This document shows, in pieces, positions 40,931 to 50,444 of a stretch of 64,000 bases of DNA. The stretch comes from an uncultured Gemmatimonadales bacterium. GTDB taxonomy: Bacteria > Gemmatimonadota > Gemmatimonadetes > Gemmatimonadales > GWC2-71-9. A program made the position numbers and the translations under genes. Location: positions 1,312,001-1,376,000 of the forward strand of contig CAVSLV010000001.1 in the NCBI GenBank assembly GCA_963728915.1, in the 5' to 3' direction. Under the pieces are notes generated by a model. That model saw only the letters and a program-made list of their open reading frames with translations. It did no database searches and had not been told where the DNA came from. Within the stretch, counting starts at the first letter, position 1; every line of letters begins with the position of its first letter.

Positions 40931-41194
40931 CTATCGCGCCGGGCGGCGGCGGCGCGAGAGGACAATGACGGGCGCATTGGGTGGAAGGCCGAGCTGGGCC
41001 AGCGAGCCGGCCCGCTCGTCGAGCCGCGCCCCGTTGTATTTCACCTCGTACTCATCGGGCGAGCGACGGACCCGGGCTCGGTCGAGCACCGCCCGCTTGA
41101 GGTCCGCCACCGACGCGTCGCCGGGAAGGTTCAGCAGGTATTCGTCCCAGGTGTCGAGGAGGGTGACCCGAAGCGCTGCCTCCGGGATGGTCAC
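40931..41194 (-). CDS. Small ubiquitin-like (beta-grasp) protein
   Basis: Pattern SVADLK..PDEYEVKYNGARLDE..SLAQLGL..PVIV parallels ubiquitin; GTG overlaps the upstream stop. Confidence 0.7.
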   Translation of the reverse strand: MTIPEAALRVTLLDTWDEYLLNLPGDASVADLKRAVLDRARVRRSPDEYEVKYNGARLDERAGSLAQLGLPPNAPVIVLSRRRRPAR

Positions 41195-41460
41195 GCGGCT
41201 TCCTGTCCGCCGGGAAGGGTCGCCAGGAACCGGGCCAGCGATTGATCGAAGAACAACGTCGAGGCGCGGACCCGGTTCTCCCGCTCACCAGGGAAAATCG
41301 CGAGGCTGATTTCCTCACCGCCCTGCCCCCGAAGGGTGAGAAAGCCCGCGCCTTCCGTTTCCGGAAAGGCCGCCTGATTGGGAACCCGCTCGGCAAAGAA
41401 CGCCTTGGCGCGGGCGATCACCTCAGCAGGGGCGAGGGAGGTCGCTGTCTCGTGAATCAT
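41191..41460 (-). CDS. Small hypothetical protein (89 aa)
   Basis: MIHETATSL.. ORF; TATCTT -10 upstream; stop overlaps the next start. Confidence 0.7.
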   Translation of the reverse strand: MIHETATSLAPAEVIARAKAFFAERVPNQAAFPETEGAGFLTLRGQGGEEISLAIFPGERENRVRASTLFFDQSLARFLATLPGGQEAA

Positions 41461-41539
41461 GGGAATGGTGAACAGGCAAGATAAGACGTCGCCGGCGCGG
41501 CTTCCACCGCCCCCATCAGCACCGGCGCCGGTAGCCCGC

Positions 41540-42865
41540 TCACAAGCGCTCCGAGAGATAGCCGGCGACGGCATCGAACGAGATCCGCTCCTGGGACATG
41601 CTGTCACGCTCCCGGACCGTGACCGTCCGGTCCGCGGCGCTCTGCCCGTCGACCGTGACGCAAAACGGCGTCCCGATCTCGTCCATCCGGCGGTAGCGGC
41701 GGCCAATGGCGCCACCATCGTCGTGAAAGGCGGCGAAACGCTTCCGCAGATCGTTGTACAACTCGAGGGCGATCTCCGGCATGCCATCCTTGTTCACCAG
41801 GGGAAGCACCGCCACCTTGACCGGCGCGACCCGGGGAGCAAGGCCCAGGACGGTGCGGGTCTCCCCTTCGACTTCCTCCTCGCGGAAGGCGTCGACCAGG
41901 ACGGTCAGCGCCACCCGGTCGGCCCCGGCCGACGTTTCGACGATGTAGGGGAGGTATCGCGCGTTGGCGGCCTGATCGAAGTACTCCAGCTTCTTCCCGG
42001 AGTGCTCCTGATGCCGGCTCAGGTCGAAGTCCCCGCGGTTGTGGATCCCCTCGATCTCGTTCCATCCGAAGGGGAACTGGTACTCGATGTCATAGGCGGC
42101 GCGGGCATAGTGCGCCAGCTCGGCGCCGGTGTGCTCGTGCCACCGGAGCTTGTCCGGGGTGAGCCCCAGCTCCTGGTGCCACGCCATGCGTAACCCGCGC
42201 CACCGTTCGAACCACTCGCCCGCCTCCACCGGTTTGACGAAGAACTGCATCTCCATCTGCTCGAATTCGCGGGTCCGGAAGATGAAGTTGCCGGGGGTGA
42301 TCTCGTTCCGGAACGCCTTCCCGATCTGGGCGATCCCGAAGGGAATCTTCTGCCGGGAACTCTGGAGCACGTTCAGGTAATTGACATAGATGCCCTGGGC
42401 GGTCTCCGGCCGCAGGTATACCACCGCGGCCTGCTCTTCCACCGGACCCATGAACGTCTTGAACATCAGGTTGAACATTCTGGGCTCGGTGAGGGCGCAG
42501 GTGGTGTGCTCTCCCGGATGCTTGGATGGCTTCTGGGGGCAGGCGGCCTGTCCCAGCTGATCGGCCCGGAACCGCGCCTTGCAGGTCTTGCAGTCGACCA
42601 GCGGATCGCTGAACCCGGCCACGTGCCCGGACGCTTCCCAGACCCGGGGATGCATCAGGATCGCGGCGTCGAGGCCCTCGATGTCTTCCCGGGACCGGAC
42701 CATGGAGTACCACCACAGATCCTTGATGTTCCTCTTCAGCTCGGCGCCGAGCGGTCCATAGTCCCACACCGAGCCCAACCCTCCGTAAATCTCGGAGGAC
42801 TGAAAAACGAACCCCCGCCGCTTGCAGAGGGAGACCAGTTTATCCATGATGGAGTTCGGCGCCAT
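41540..42865 (-). CDS. glyQS: Glycine--tRNA ligase, alpha2 (homodimeric) type
   Basis: KRRGF, DYGPLG, YLRPETAQG, FRNEI.P..FIFRTREFEQME, IGRRYRR.DEIGTP. Confidence 0.96.
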   Translation of the reverse strand: MAPNSIMDKLVSLCKRRGFVFQSSEIYGGLGSVWDYGPLGAELKRNIKDLWWYSMVRSREDIEGLDAAILMHPRVWEASGHVAGFSDPLVDCKTCKARFRADQLGQAACPQKPSKHPGEHTTCALTEPRMFNLMFKTFMGPVEEQAAVVYLRPETAQGIYVNYLNVLQSSRQKIPFGIAQIGKAFRNEITPGNFIFRTREFEQMEMQFFVKPVEAGEWFERWRGLRMAWHQELGLTPDKLRWHEHTGAELAHYARAAYDIEYQFPFGWNEIEGIHNRGDFDLSRHQEHSGKKLEYFDQAANARYLPYIVETSAGADRVALTVLVDAFREEEVEGETRTVLGLAPRVAPVKVAVLPLVNKDGMPEIALELYNDLRKRFAAFHDDGGAIGRRYRRMDEIGTPFCVTVDGQSAADRTVTVRERDSMSQERISFDAVAGYLSERL

Positions 42866-42950
42866 GGGGCGGGAAGATAGGCCGCCCAAGCTGGGAACTG
42901 CAAGCAAAGTGCAGAGTTGGGCGATCTGCAAGGCAACAACTCCGGGGTCG

Positions 42951-43032
42951 TGTTGCGGCCGCGCAACATCGACGGACCAATTGGTCAGGGACATAGGGTT
43001 AGGAGGGCCCCGACCCGGGCGCGGCGATTGCT
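42951..43032 (+). promoter_or_regulatory. Sigma54-like promoter with upstream palindromes for the pilin cluster
   Basis: GG-N10-GC (GGGCGCGGCGATTGCT) at 43017-43032; TGTTGCG-N4-CGCAACA at 42951-42968; GACCAATTGGTC at 42975-42986. Confidence 0.45.
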
Positions 43033-43080
43033 GTGTTAGATACCGTTTCGGGAGATGGGTTTTCCCTGCAAAGGACCGCG

Positions 43081-43659
43081 ATGGCGGCTACACGATTTCC
43101 CCGCGCGCGGCGCGGGTTCAGCCTGATCGAGCTCCTGGTGGTCGTGACCATCATCGGGATCATGGCGGCGATCGCCTATCCGGCCATCGACTCGCTCCGT
43201 AACAGCGCCGACTCCGCAATGATCCAGGTCGCCACGGCACTCCAGGCGGCCCAGCGGGAAGCGGTCGCTCGCCAGTACGATGTGCTGGTCGTCTTCGATG
43301 TGCCCCGAAACCGATTCCGGCTGGTCTTTGACGCGAACAACAACGGCATCGCCGACGGGGGCGAGCGCACCCGTGGAGTGGTGCTCGAGCCACAAATCGT
43401 GTTCGGGCGGGCTGGGGCACCGGCGCGCGGGTTCGGCCCCGGCCCGGTCACGCTCTCGGATGGTTCTCTGACCCTGACGTTCCACCGGAACGGGGCGGCA
43501 AGCGCCTCGGGGGGACTCTATCTGACCTCGACGAAGGCCGCGGCGGGGCTGACCAAGCGCAACCGCGACACCCGGGCGATCGAGATCGTGCGCGCCACTG
43601 GACGGATCGAGTGGTTCAAATATTCGGGCAGCGGGAGTACCTGGATGAAGAACTTCTGA
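43081..43659 (+). CDS. Type IV minor pilin, FimT/FimU (GspH)-like
   Basis: Prepilin cleavage G|FSLIELLVV; AQREAV. Confidence 0.88.
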   Translation: MAATRFPRARRGFSLIELLVVVTIIGIMAAIAYPAIDSLRNSADSAMIQVATALQAAQREAVARQYDVLVVFDVPRNRFRLVFDANNNGIADGGERTRGVVLEPQIVFGRAGAPARGFGPGPVTLSDGSLTLTFHRNGAASASGGLYLTSTKAAAGLTKRNRDTRAIEIVRATGRIEWFKYSGSGSTWMKNF

Positions 43660-44045
43660 TGCGAGACCATTCCCGACGAAACGGCTTCACCCTCATCGAG
43701 GTGTTGATCGCGGTCGTCATCCTGGGCATCGCGGCGCTGTCGCTCATGCGGGTCACCGCCCGGATGATCCGGAGCGTGACCGACGATCGGACCCGCACCC
43801 TCGCGTCCGCTTCCGCCGATGCGCGGATCGCCCGGATCCGCGCCTGGCCCACCTACTCGACCCTTGAAGCGACTTTCGCAGGCACCGAGAGCAACACCCC
43901 GGTCAGCGGGCTCAGCCGGGTCACCACGATCGTCCGGACCGGCGGGATCGGCCAACCCAACGACTACAAGAAGGTGACCGTCACGGTGAGCGGCACGCAG
44001 CTCACCTCGAACGTCACCCGAACCGTCACTCTCGCACCGCCATGA
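43659..44045 (+). CDS. Type IV minor pilin, PilV-like
   Basis: G|FTLIEVLIAVVIL; KKVTVTV. Confidence 0.85.
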   Translation: MRDHSRRNGFTLIEVLIAVVILGIAALSLMRVTARMIRSVTDDRTRTLASASADARIARIRAWPTYSTLEATFAGTESNTPVSGLSRVTTIVRTGGIGQPNDYKKVTVTVSGTQLTSNVTRTVTLAPP

Positions 44046-45205
44046 GACTCCATTCGATGCGCAACGAACGCGGCGTGACCCTGGTCGAGCTCATGATCGC
44101 CATGACCGTCTTCCTGATCGTCCTGGGAGGCGTGGTCAAGGCGATCGGGAGTCAATCGCAGGGATTCCGAAAAGGCGGCGACGAGCTGGGGATTCTCCAG
44201 AATCTCCGCTACGGCGTCGATCAGGTCGAGCAGGATCTCCGGCTGGCGGGGGCGAACACCGTCGCTCGGCAGCCTACCGTCGATTACGCGGGCGCCAGCG
44301 CCTTTGCGTTCAACGCCGACCTGGTGTCGAACGTCGTGGGAGACATCTCGGCGGTGTACATCGATCCCAACGCCCCGGCGGGTGAGGTCCAGGCGTGGAG
44401 CCTGGCGACGGCGACGGCCATTCCCGGCTCGAGCCCGTCGTTCACCTATCCCAAGGCGGATTATCCCACCAGCGCGGCCGAGACCGTGATGTTCTGGTTC
44501 ACCCTGGATACCGCCACGACCCGGACCGACGATTACATGCTGATGCGCCGGGTGAATGCCCGGCCCGGCGAGGTCCTGATGCGGAGCGTACTACCGCCGA
44601 CCACGGGCAACTTCTTCCGGTACTACTACGAGAATGCGCCGACGGGAGTGAACGCCACGCTCGACTCGATCCCGACCGCGTGGTACCCGCTGGCCCACAC
44701 CGCCGCGGTCCACGGCAGCCTGCCCGACACCGGGGTGCTCGCGCGGATCGACCTGGTCCGGGCGGTAGAGATGCGCTATCGGGTGACCAACGGGAGAACC
44801 GGGTCGGACGAGCGGATCCGGGACACCGATGCCATGATGGTGATGCCGAACGCGGGGGTGAAGAAGCTCTCGACCTGCGGCGACACACCGCTTTTCGGGA
44901 ACGCCGTGGTGGCCGCGTGGAACGCGACCTCGCCGGCGGGCATCTTGGTGACCTGGAACCGCTCGGTCGACCAGGACAGTGGTGAAGGCGACGTGATCCG
45001 ATATGTGATCTGGCGCCGGGTCGGGGTGGCCGGCGTCTGGGGCGATCCCCTGAAATCGTTGGCCGCCTCACAGAACACGGTGACCTACAGCGACAAGGAC
45101 ACCCAGGTAACCAGTGGCATCTCCTACCAGTACCGGGTGGCGGCGCAGGATTGCACCCCGGCATTGTCGAGCCAGAGCACTTCGAACTCGGTGACGGTCC
45201 CATGA
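44042..45205 (+). CDS. Type IV minor pilin, PilW-like, with C-terminal FN3-like domain
   Basis: G|VTLVELMIAM; DLRLAG; VTW..Y.IWRR..YQYRVAAQD. Confidence 0.85.
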   Translation: MRLHSMRNERGVTLVELMIAMTVFLIVLGGVVKAIGSQSQGFRKGGDELGILQNLRYGVDQVEQDLRLAGANTVARQPTVDYAGASAFAFNADLVSNVVGDISAVYIDPNAPAGEVQAWSLATATAIPGSSPSFTYPKADYPTSAAETVMFWFTLDTATTRTDDYMLMRRVNARPGEVLMRSVLPPTTGNFFRYYYENAPTGVNATLDSIPTAWYPLAHTAAVHGSLPDTGVLARIDLVRAVEMRYRVTNGRTGSDERIRDTDAMMVMPNAGVKKLSTCGDTPLFGNAVVAAWNATSPAGILVTWNRSVDQDSGEGDVIRYVIWRRVGVAGVWGDPLKSLAASQNTVTYSDKDTQVTSGISYQYRVAAQDCTPALSSQSTSNSVTVP

Positions 45206-47007
45206 CGGTTCCGATGGAGGAAGGTATGCGCAGGGACGAACGCGGCATCGCGCTCATCACGGTCCTTCTGCTGGCGTTCGCGCTCAGCGCGCTGGCCCTG
45301 GGGGCCGGCATGATGACCATGAACACCGGCCTGATCCGGCGCTACAACGAACGGTTTGCCCTGGTGACCGACGGGGCACTGGCGGGACTCGAGGAAGGGC
45401 GGAGCCGTCTCAACGGCACCACCGGCCTCTATCCGGATAGCGGCTACGTCACGCTGGAGAACGGCGTCACGGTGAAGGACGCCAGTGGAAACGTGATCCC
45501 GGGCCTCACCCGGTGGACCTGGGCGGGCCCTAGCGGGGTTTCGTCCGGTCAATACGGCATCTTCGGCAGCATCATCAGCCGGGTGACCGACAACACCAAT
45601 ATGCAGGTGGTGCGCCGCCTGGAGATTACCCAGAGCAGCTTTGCGAAATATGCCTACTTCTCCACCATCGAAGGAGTGATCGTATTCGGGGGCGGAGACC
45701 AGATCATGGGGCCGCTCCACTCCAACGACGACATCACGGTCCACTCCACCGGGGCCCGATTCCGGGACGACGTCAGCACCGCCGGGATCGTCAACGGCGC
45801 CGGGTACGGCATCTTCGACAAGGGGTACACCACCCACGTGCCCCCCATCGCGATGCCGACCATGACCGATCTCACCAAATTGAAGGCGCAGGCGCAAGCC
45901 GGAAATACCTACTTCACCGGTTACAACACCGGCGCGGACGGGGAAGCACGAACCCGGGTCGAGTTCGTCGCGGTGGACTTGAACGGCAACGGCACCACCA
46001 CGGACGACGACGAAGGCTTCATCAAGGTCTACCAGGGCGTGAACGGGAATGAGGACTTCGTAACCGCCATCCGGCCGGGCGGCGCCTATCAGCCCAACGC
46101 GAACAACGTTCGGAACTGTGGCGACTACGGGACCGCGGGCACCTCCCCCTTCCTGGCGGCGGGCAGCCACACCGGCACGACCGCTTCCCCACACAACCAC
46201 AGCTCGAACTCCACGACCAACTCCAACCTCTCGATCCAGATGGGGAACGCGAGGTGCTACCTGGGTGGGGACAGTCACCTGACCAACGGCTGGGTGGCCT
46301 CCAATGGAGACGGAGCCTGGGTGCCGTGGGGCGGCGCAGTGGATTCTCGGCTCACCGCCCTCAAGGGCGCGGAAGCCCAGTACTACCATCCGATCACCCG
46401 CGCACTGAATCCGAACTTCAAGGGCGTGGTCTATGTGGACGGCAAGGTGGTGATCAGCGGGACGGTGCGGGGCCGGGTGACCCTGGTGTCCCCGAACCAG
46501 ATCATCATCGGCGACGACGTCAAGCAGAGCATCGATCCCGCGCTCGGCGTCTGCGATGACATCCTGGGACTGTTTTCAGGTGGCGACGTGGTGCTGGCCG
46601 ACAACGAGCTGTTCACGCCGCTCCAGTTGCCCAACGGGAACTGGCAGAACATGAAGGCCTACGGGAACGGGGACGAATACATCCACGCCGTCATCCTGGC
46701 GCTGGACATCTTCACCGCCGACAACTACAACCAGGGGCCTTCGAGTATCTCGGAAGGAGCCTGCGACGGAAACGACGCGGGCCGCGGCTGCCTCCGGCTG
46801 ACCGGTGGGCTGATCCAGCGCACCCGTGGCGCGGTGGGCTTGACCGACGGGCACGGCTACGTGAAGCGGTACTCCTACAACACCTGCGGGCTCACCGATC
46901 CGCCGCCCTACTTCCCGACCACCGGTTACTTCTCACGAAACCGGTTCTACGAGATCAACCCGATCGGATTCAACGTGGCGACCTGGTACGCGACGTACCA
47001 GCAGTAG
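45202..47007 (+). CDS. Large PilX-like minor pilin (alternative start 45226)
   Basis: G|IALITVLLL without Glu5; FAKYAYF, GPLHSN, PPYFP. Confidence 0.8.
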   Translation: MTVPMEEGMRRDERGIALITVLLLAFALSALALGAGMMTMNTGLIRRYNERFALVTDGALAGLEEGRSRLNGTTGLYPDSGYVTLENGVTVKDASGNVIPGLTRWTWAGPSGVSSGQYGIFGSIISRVTDNTNMQVVRRLEITQSSFAKYAYFSTIEGVIVFGGGDQIMGPLHSNDDITVHSTGARFRDDVSTAGIVNGAGYGIFDKGYTTHVPPIAMPTMTDLTKLKAQAQAGNTYFTGYNTGADGEARTRVEFVAVDLNGNGTTTDDDEGFIKVYQGVNGNEDFVTAIRPGGAYQPNANNVRNCGDYGTAGTSPFLAAGSHTGTTASPHNHSSNSTTNSNLSIQMGNARCYLGGDSHLTNGWVASNGDGAWVPWGGAVDSRLTALKGAEAQYYHPITRALNPNFKGVVYVDGKVVISGTVRGRVTLVSPNQIIIGDDVKQSIDPALGVCDDILGLFSGGDVVLADNELFTPLQLPNGNWQNMKAYGNGDEYIHAVILALDIFTADNYNQGPSSISEGACDGNDAGRGCLRLTGGLIQRTRGAVGLTDGHGYVKRYSYNTCGLTDPPPYFPTTGYFSRNRFYEINPIGFNVATWYATYQQ

Positions 47008-47104
47008 CTAGGGCTTAGGGGCTAGGGGCTAGGGGCTCGGGGCTCGGGGCTCGGGGCTCGGGGCTCGGGGCACCCAGCCCCTAACCCCCAGCCTCTAGCC
47101 GCTA
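47005..47104. repeat. 7-mer T(A/C)GGGGC tandem array plus complementary arm between convergent pilX and purA
   Basis: Nine units at 47009-47071, then gccccta accccca gcctcta gccgcta. Confidence 0.9.
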
Positions 47105-48382
47105 GCATTCAATGATCTGATCTCTTCGAGTCCCCACACTGACATATCGAATCGGCACTCCGGAGAGCTCCTCGAGCCGATCGAGGTAGGACCGGGCCTC
47201 CCGGGGAAGGTCGCCTAACCCGCGGGCTCCGTCGGTCGGCTGCCGCCATCCCGGGAGGGTCTCATACACCGGCCGGACCCGTTCCAGCCGGGTGGCCTCC
47301 GACGGAAGCTCGTCCAGCGTCGATCCCTCGAGTTCATACCCCCTGGCCAGCGGGATCCGCTCGAACCCATCCAGCACGTCGAGCTTGGTCACCGCGAGGG
47401 CGGTGAGTCCGTTGATCCGGGCCGCATAGCGGACCACGGCGGCATCGAACCAGCCGCAGCGACGGGGCCGCCCGGTCACCGCGCCGAACTCCCCGCCGAT
47501 CCGCCGCAGGCGTTCCTCGATCTCCGGCTCCGCCGCAGTTGGGAGGGGACCGTTTCCTACCCGCGTGGTGTATGCCTTCACCACGCCGAGCACGGCGTGG
47601 ATCGCGGTGGGTCCGAGGCCGGCCCCTGGAGCGGCCCCACCGGCGGTGGTCGTCGAGGAGGTCACATAGGGATAGGTTCCGTGATCGATGTCCAATAGGG
47701 CGCCCTGAGCGCCTTCCAGCAGGACCTTCTTCCCTTCCTTGAGCCCGCGATAAAGCAGGGCCCCGGTATCCGCCGCCAGCGGAAGCAACCGGGAGCTGAT
47801 CACCTCCAGGAGCCCGACGTGCTCGTCGTAGGAAGCCTGCTCGTTCATCCCCGCGAGCTGGAGCAGACGGTTGGCCCGGTCCACCCCTTCCCGAATCAGG
47901 CGCCGGGACTCCTCCGGGTTACGAAGATCGCCAACCCGGATCCCCCGCCGCCCGACCTTGTCTTCGTACGCGGGCCCGATTCCCCGGCCGGTGGTTCCGA
48001 TCTGCTGGCGGCGTTCCCCCGCGGTGTCGAGCAGTTTGTGGTAGGGGAGCACCAGGTGCGCCCGGTCCGAGACGATCAGCCGCCCGGCCACCTCGACCCG
48101 TCGCTCGTTCAGGGCGTCCAGCTCCTCGAACAAGGCGATCGGATCGACGACCACGCCATTGCCGAGCACGCAGACCGCCTGGGGATTGAGGATCCCGGAG
48201 GGAATGAGCCGCAGCACGAACTGGGATGGACCGACCACCACGGTGTGTCCCGCGTTGGCACCGCCCTGATAGCGCACCACCAGGTCGGCCTGTTCCGCCA
48301 GGACGTCCACGATTTTCCCTTTGCCCTCGTCGCCCCATTGCGCCCCGACGACCACGATACAGGACCGTCCCGGTCCGAACAC
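47102..48382 (-). CDS. purA: Adenylosuccinate synthetase
   Basis: GAQWGDEGKGK, QGGANAGHT, EGAQG, YPYVTSS, TGRPRRCGW, TKLDVL. Confidence 0.97.
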   Translation of the reverse strand: MFGPGRSCIVVVGAQWGDEGKGKIVDVLAEQADLVVRYQGGANAGHTVVVGPSQFVLRLIPSGILNPQAVCVLGNGVVVDPIALFEELDALNERRVEVAGRLIVSDRAHLVLPYHKLLDTAGERRQQIGTTGRGIGPAYEDKVGRRGIRVGDLRNPEESRRLIREGVDRANRLLQLAGMNEQASYDEHVGLLEVISSRLLPLAADTGALLYRGLKEGKKVLLEGAQGALLDIDHGTYPYVTSSTTTAGGAAPGAGLGPTAIHAVLGVVKAYTTRVGNGPLPTAAEPEIEERLRRIGGEFGAVTGRPRRCGWFDAAVVRYAARINGLTALAVTKLDVLDGFERIPLARGYELEGSTLDELPSEATRLERVRPVYETLPGWRQPTDGARGLGDLPREARSYLDRLEELSGVPIRYVSVGTRRDQIIEC

Positions 48383-49455
48383 TAGTCGGCGGACCCTTTC
48401 CGGCCTCTTCCCTTGCGCTCGGGCAGGGCGCCCAGGGCTTTCGCGGTCTCGCTGGTGATCAGCTCGTTCTCGACCAGTTCGGCGAGGTGCTGCTCGAAAG
48501 TCTGCATTCCCGACTTGCCCCGCTCGTCCCCGATCAGCTCCTTGATCTCATCCAGCCGGCCGGGATCTCGCAGCACTTCGCGATTCTCGGGGGTGGCGAC
48601 CAGGACCTCCACCGCGGGGATCCTTCCTCCATCGGCGGCGGGAACCAGCTGCTGGGCAATGACCGCGCAGAGGGCCTCGGTGAAGCGGAAGCGGGCAATC
48701 TCATCGGACGCCAGCATCGAATAGATCAGCCGGAGGGTGCTGGCCACGTCCGGCGCCGGGATCGCGGTGAGAACCAGTCGTCCGGTCTCGGCGGCCTTGA
48801 TCGCATAGTCGATCGTCTCGTGGCCCCGAAGGTCGCCCAGCACGATGACGTCGGGGTCCTGACGCAGCGCCGCCCGAAGTGCGACCCCGACCGAATCGGT
48901 ATCGACCCCGACTTCCCGCTGGGTCATCGAACAGGACAGGTCTCGATGCAGAAACTCGATCGGATTCTCGATCGTCACCACGTGGCGATGCTGGCTCTGG
49001 TTCATGTGGTGGAGCATCGCCGCGATGGTCGAGCTCTTCCCGCTTCCGGTGGTCCCGCTGACCAGGATCAGCCCGGAGGTGTGCTCGGTCAGCCGGGCCA
49101 GGACCGGCGGCAGATGGAGTTGCTCGAGATTGGGAACTGCGAAGGCAATCACCCGCATCACGATCATGTAGGAGGATCGCTGACGAAGGATATTGACCCG
49201 GAACCGGCCCACGCCCGGCATGCCCCAGGAACAGTCGTAGTCCTTGATCAGGTCGAGCCGGGCCCGGTCCTCGTCGGTCGTCATCAGGCGCATGGCGATG
49301 GCCCGGGTCTGCTCGGGCGAAAGCCGCTGCTTGGTCAGCGCGACCAGCTTGCCGTCGATCCGGGCCCGGAAGAGATCGCCGGCCTTGATATGAATGTCGG
49401 ATGCGCCGCGCTCGACCGCGGCTTTGATGATCCGCTCCAGCGGTACCTGGGCCAT
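48382..49455 (-). CDS. PilT/PilU-family ATPase with degenerate catalytic motifs
   Basis: ASDIHI, GRFRVN, Walker A GTTGSGKSST, QREVG.DT, ALRQDPDVI, GMQTF. Confidence 0.88.
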   Translation of the reverse strand: MAQVPLERIIKAAVERGASDIHIKAGDLFRARIDGKLVALTKQRLSPEQTRAIAMRLMTTDEDRARLDLIKDYDCSWGMPGVGRFRVNILRQRSSYMIVMRVIAFAVPNLEQLHLPPVLARLTEHTSGLILVSGTTGSGKSSTIAAMLHHMNQSQHRHVVTIENPIEFLHRDLSCSMTQREVGVDTDSVGVALRAALRQDPDVIVLGDLRGHETIDYAIKAAETGRLVLTAIPAPDVASTLRLIYSMLASDEIARFRFTEALCAVIAQQLVPAADGGRIPAVEVLVATPENREVLRDPGRLDEIKELIGDERGKSGMQTFEQHLAELVENELITSETAKALGALPERKGRGRKGSAD

Positions 49456-50444
49456 TACGTCCCCCGGTAGAAGCCCATACGCCGTTGCACCCCATCCAGG
49501 GTGTCCCGCGCCAACTCCCGGGCGCGCTCCGCGCCCAGCTTGAGGATCCCATCGACCCGATCCCGATCCGCGTTCAGCTCGGCGGCGCGGGCCTGGATCG
49601 GTGCGAGCGTCGCCACCATGCTGTCGGCCAGGACCCGCTTGCAATCGAGACAGCCCCAGCCCGCGGTGCGGCACTGCTGGGCCACGTGCAGCACCGTTTC
49701 GGGTGAGGAAAAGTGCTGGTGCAGGGCGTAGAGGTTGCAGAGCTCGGGGGTGCCCGGATCCTTGCGGGTCACCCGGGCGGGGTCGGTGGCCGCGGGACGC
49801 AGCTTCTGCCAGATCTCCTCGGGGGGATCGAGCAGGCCGACCGTATTCCCCAGGCTCTTCGACATCTTGGTCTGCCCGTCAAGACCCTTGATGCGCTTGG
49901 CGGTGGTCAGCAGGGCCTCGGGCTCGGGAAGAAACGGGTCATTGGCCGCATACAGGGCATTCCAGCGCCGGGCAATTTCGCGGGCCAGCTCGAGATGCTG
50001 GACCTGGTCTTCGCCCACCGGGACCTTGTTGGCCCGGTACAGAAGGATGTCGGCGGTCTGGAGAACAGGATAGCAGAGGATTCCGGCTGGAATACTCTCC
50101 AGCTTCTCGGTCTTATCTTTGAACTGGGTCATCCGCTCGAGCTCGCCGAGCGGCGCCACCGAGGTGAGCAACCAGTTGAGCTCGGAATGCTCGGGCACCG
50201 CGGATTGGACGAACACCACCGCCCGCTCGGGGTCGATGCCCGCCGCGAGCAACCCGATCGCCATGTCGCGGGTGCGCGCCGCCAGCGTCGGGACGTCGTA
50301 GGGAAGCGTGATCGCGTGCAGATCCACGATGCAGTACACGCAGGCAAATCGCTCCTGCAGCGCGACCCAGTTGCGGACCGCGCCGAGCCAGTTGCCGATA
50401 TGAAGTTCGCCGGTGGGTTGAATGCCGGAGAAGATCCGGTCCAT
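49455..50444 (-). CDS. trpS: Tryptophan--tRNA ligase
   Basis: FSGIQPTGELHIGNW, VPVGEDQ.QH, KMSKS. Confidence 0.97.
   Translation of the reverse strand: MDRIFSGIQPTGELHIGNWLGAVRNWVALQERFACVYCIVDLHAITLPYDVPTLAARTRDMAIGLLAAGIDPERAVVFVQSAVPEHSELNWLLTSVAPLGELERMTQFKDKTEKLESIPAGILCYPVLQTADILLYRANKVPVGEDQVQHLELAREIARRWNALYAANDPFLPEPEALLTTAKRIKGLDGQTKMSKSLGNTVGLLDPPEEIWQKLRPAATDPARVTRKDPGTPELCNLYALHQHFSSPETVLHVAQQCRTAGWGCLDCKRVLADSMVATLAPIQARAAELNADRDRVDGILKLGAERARELARDTLDGVQRRMGFYRGT

Noticed and set aside
47009..47104. Repeat arrays as CRISPR or telomere-like sequence
   Set aside because: Units are 7-9 bp and contiguous, with no unique spacers and no cas genes; the single TTAGGG is incidental.
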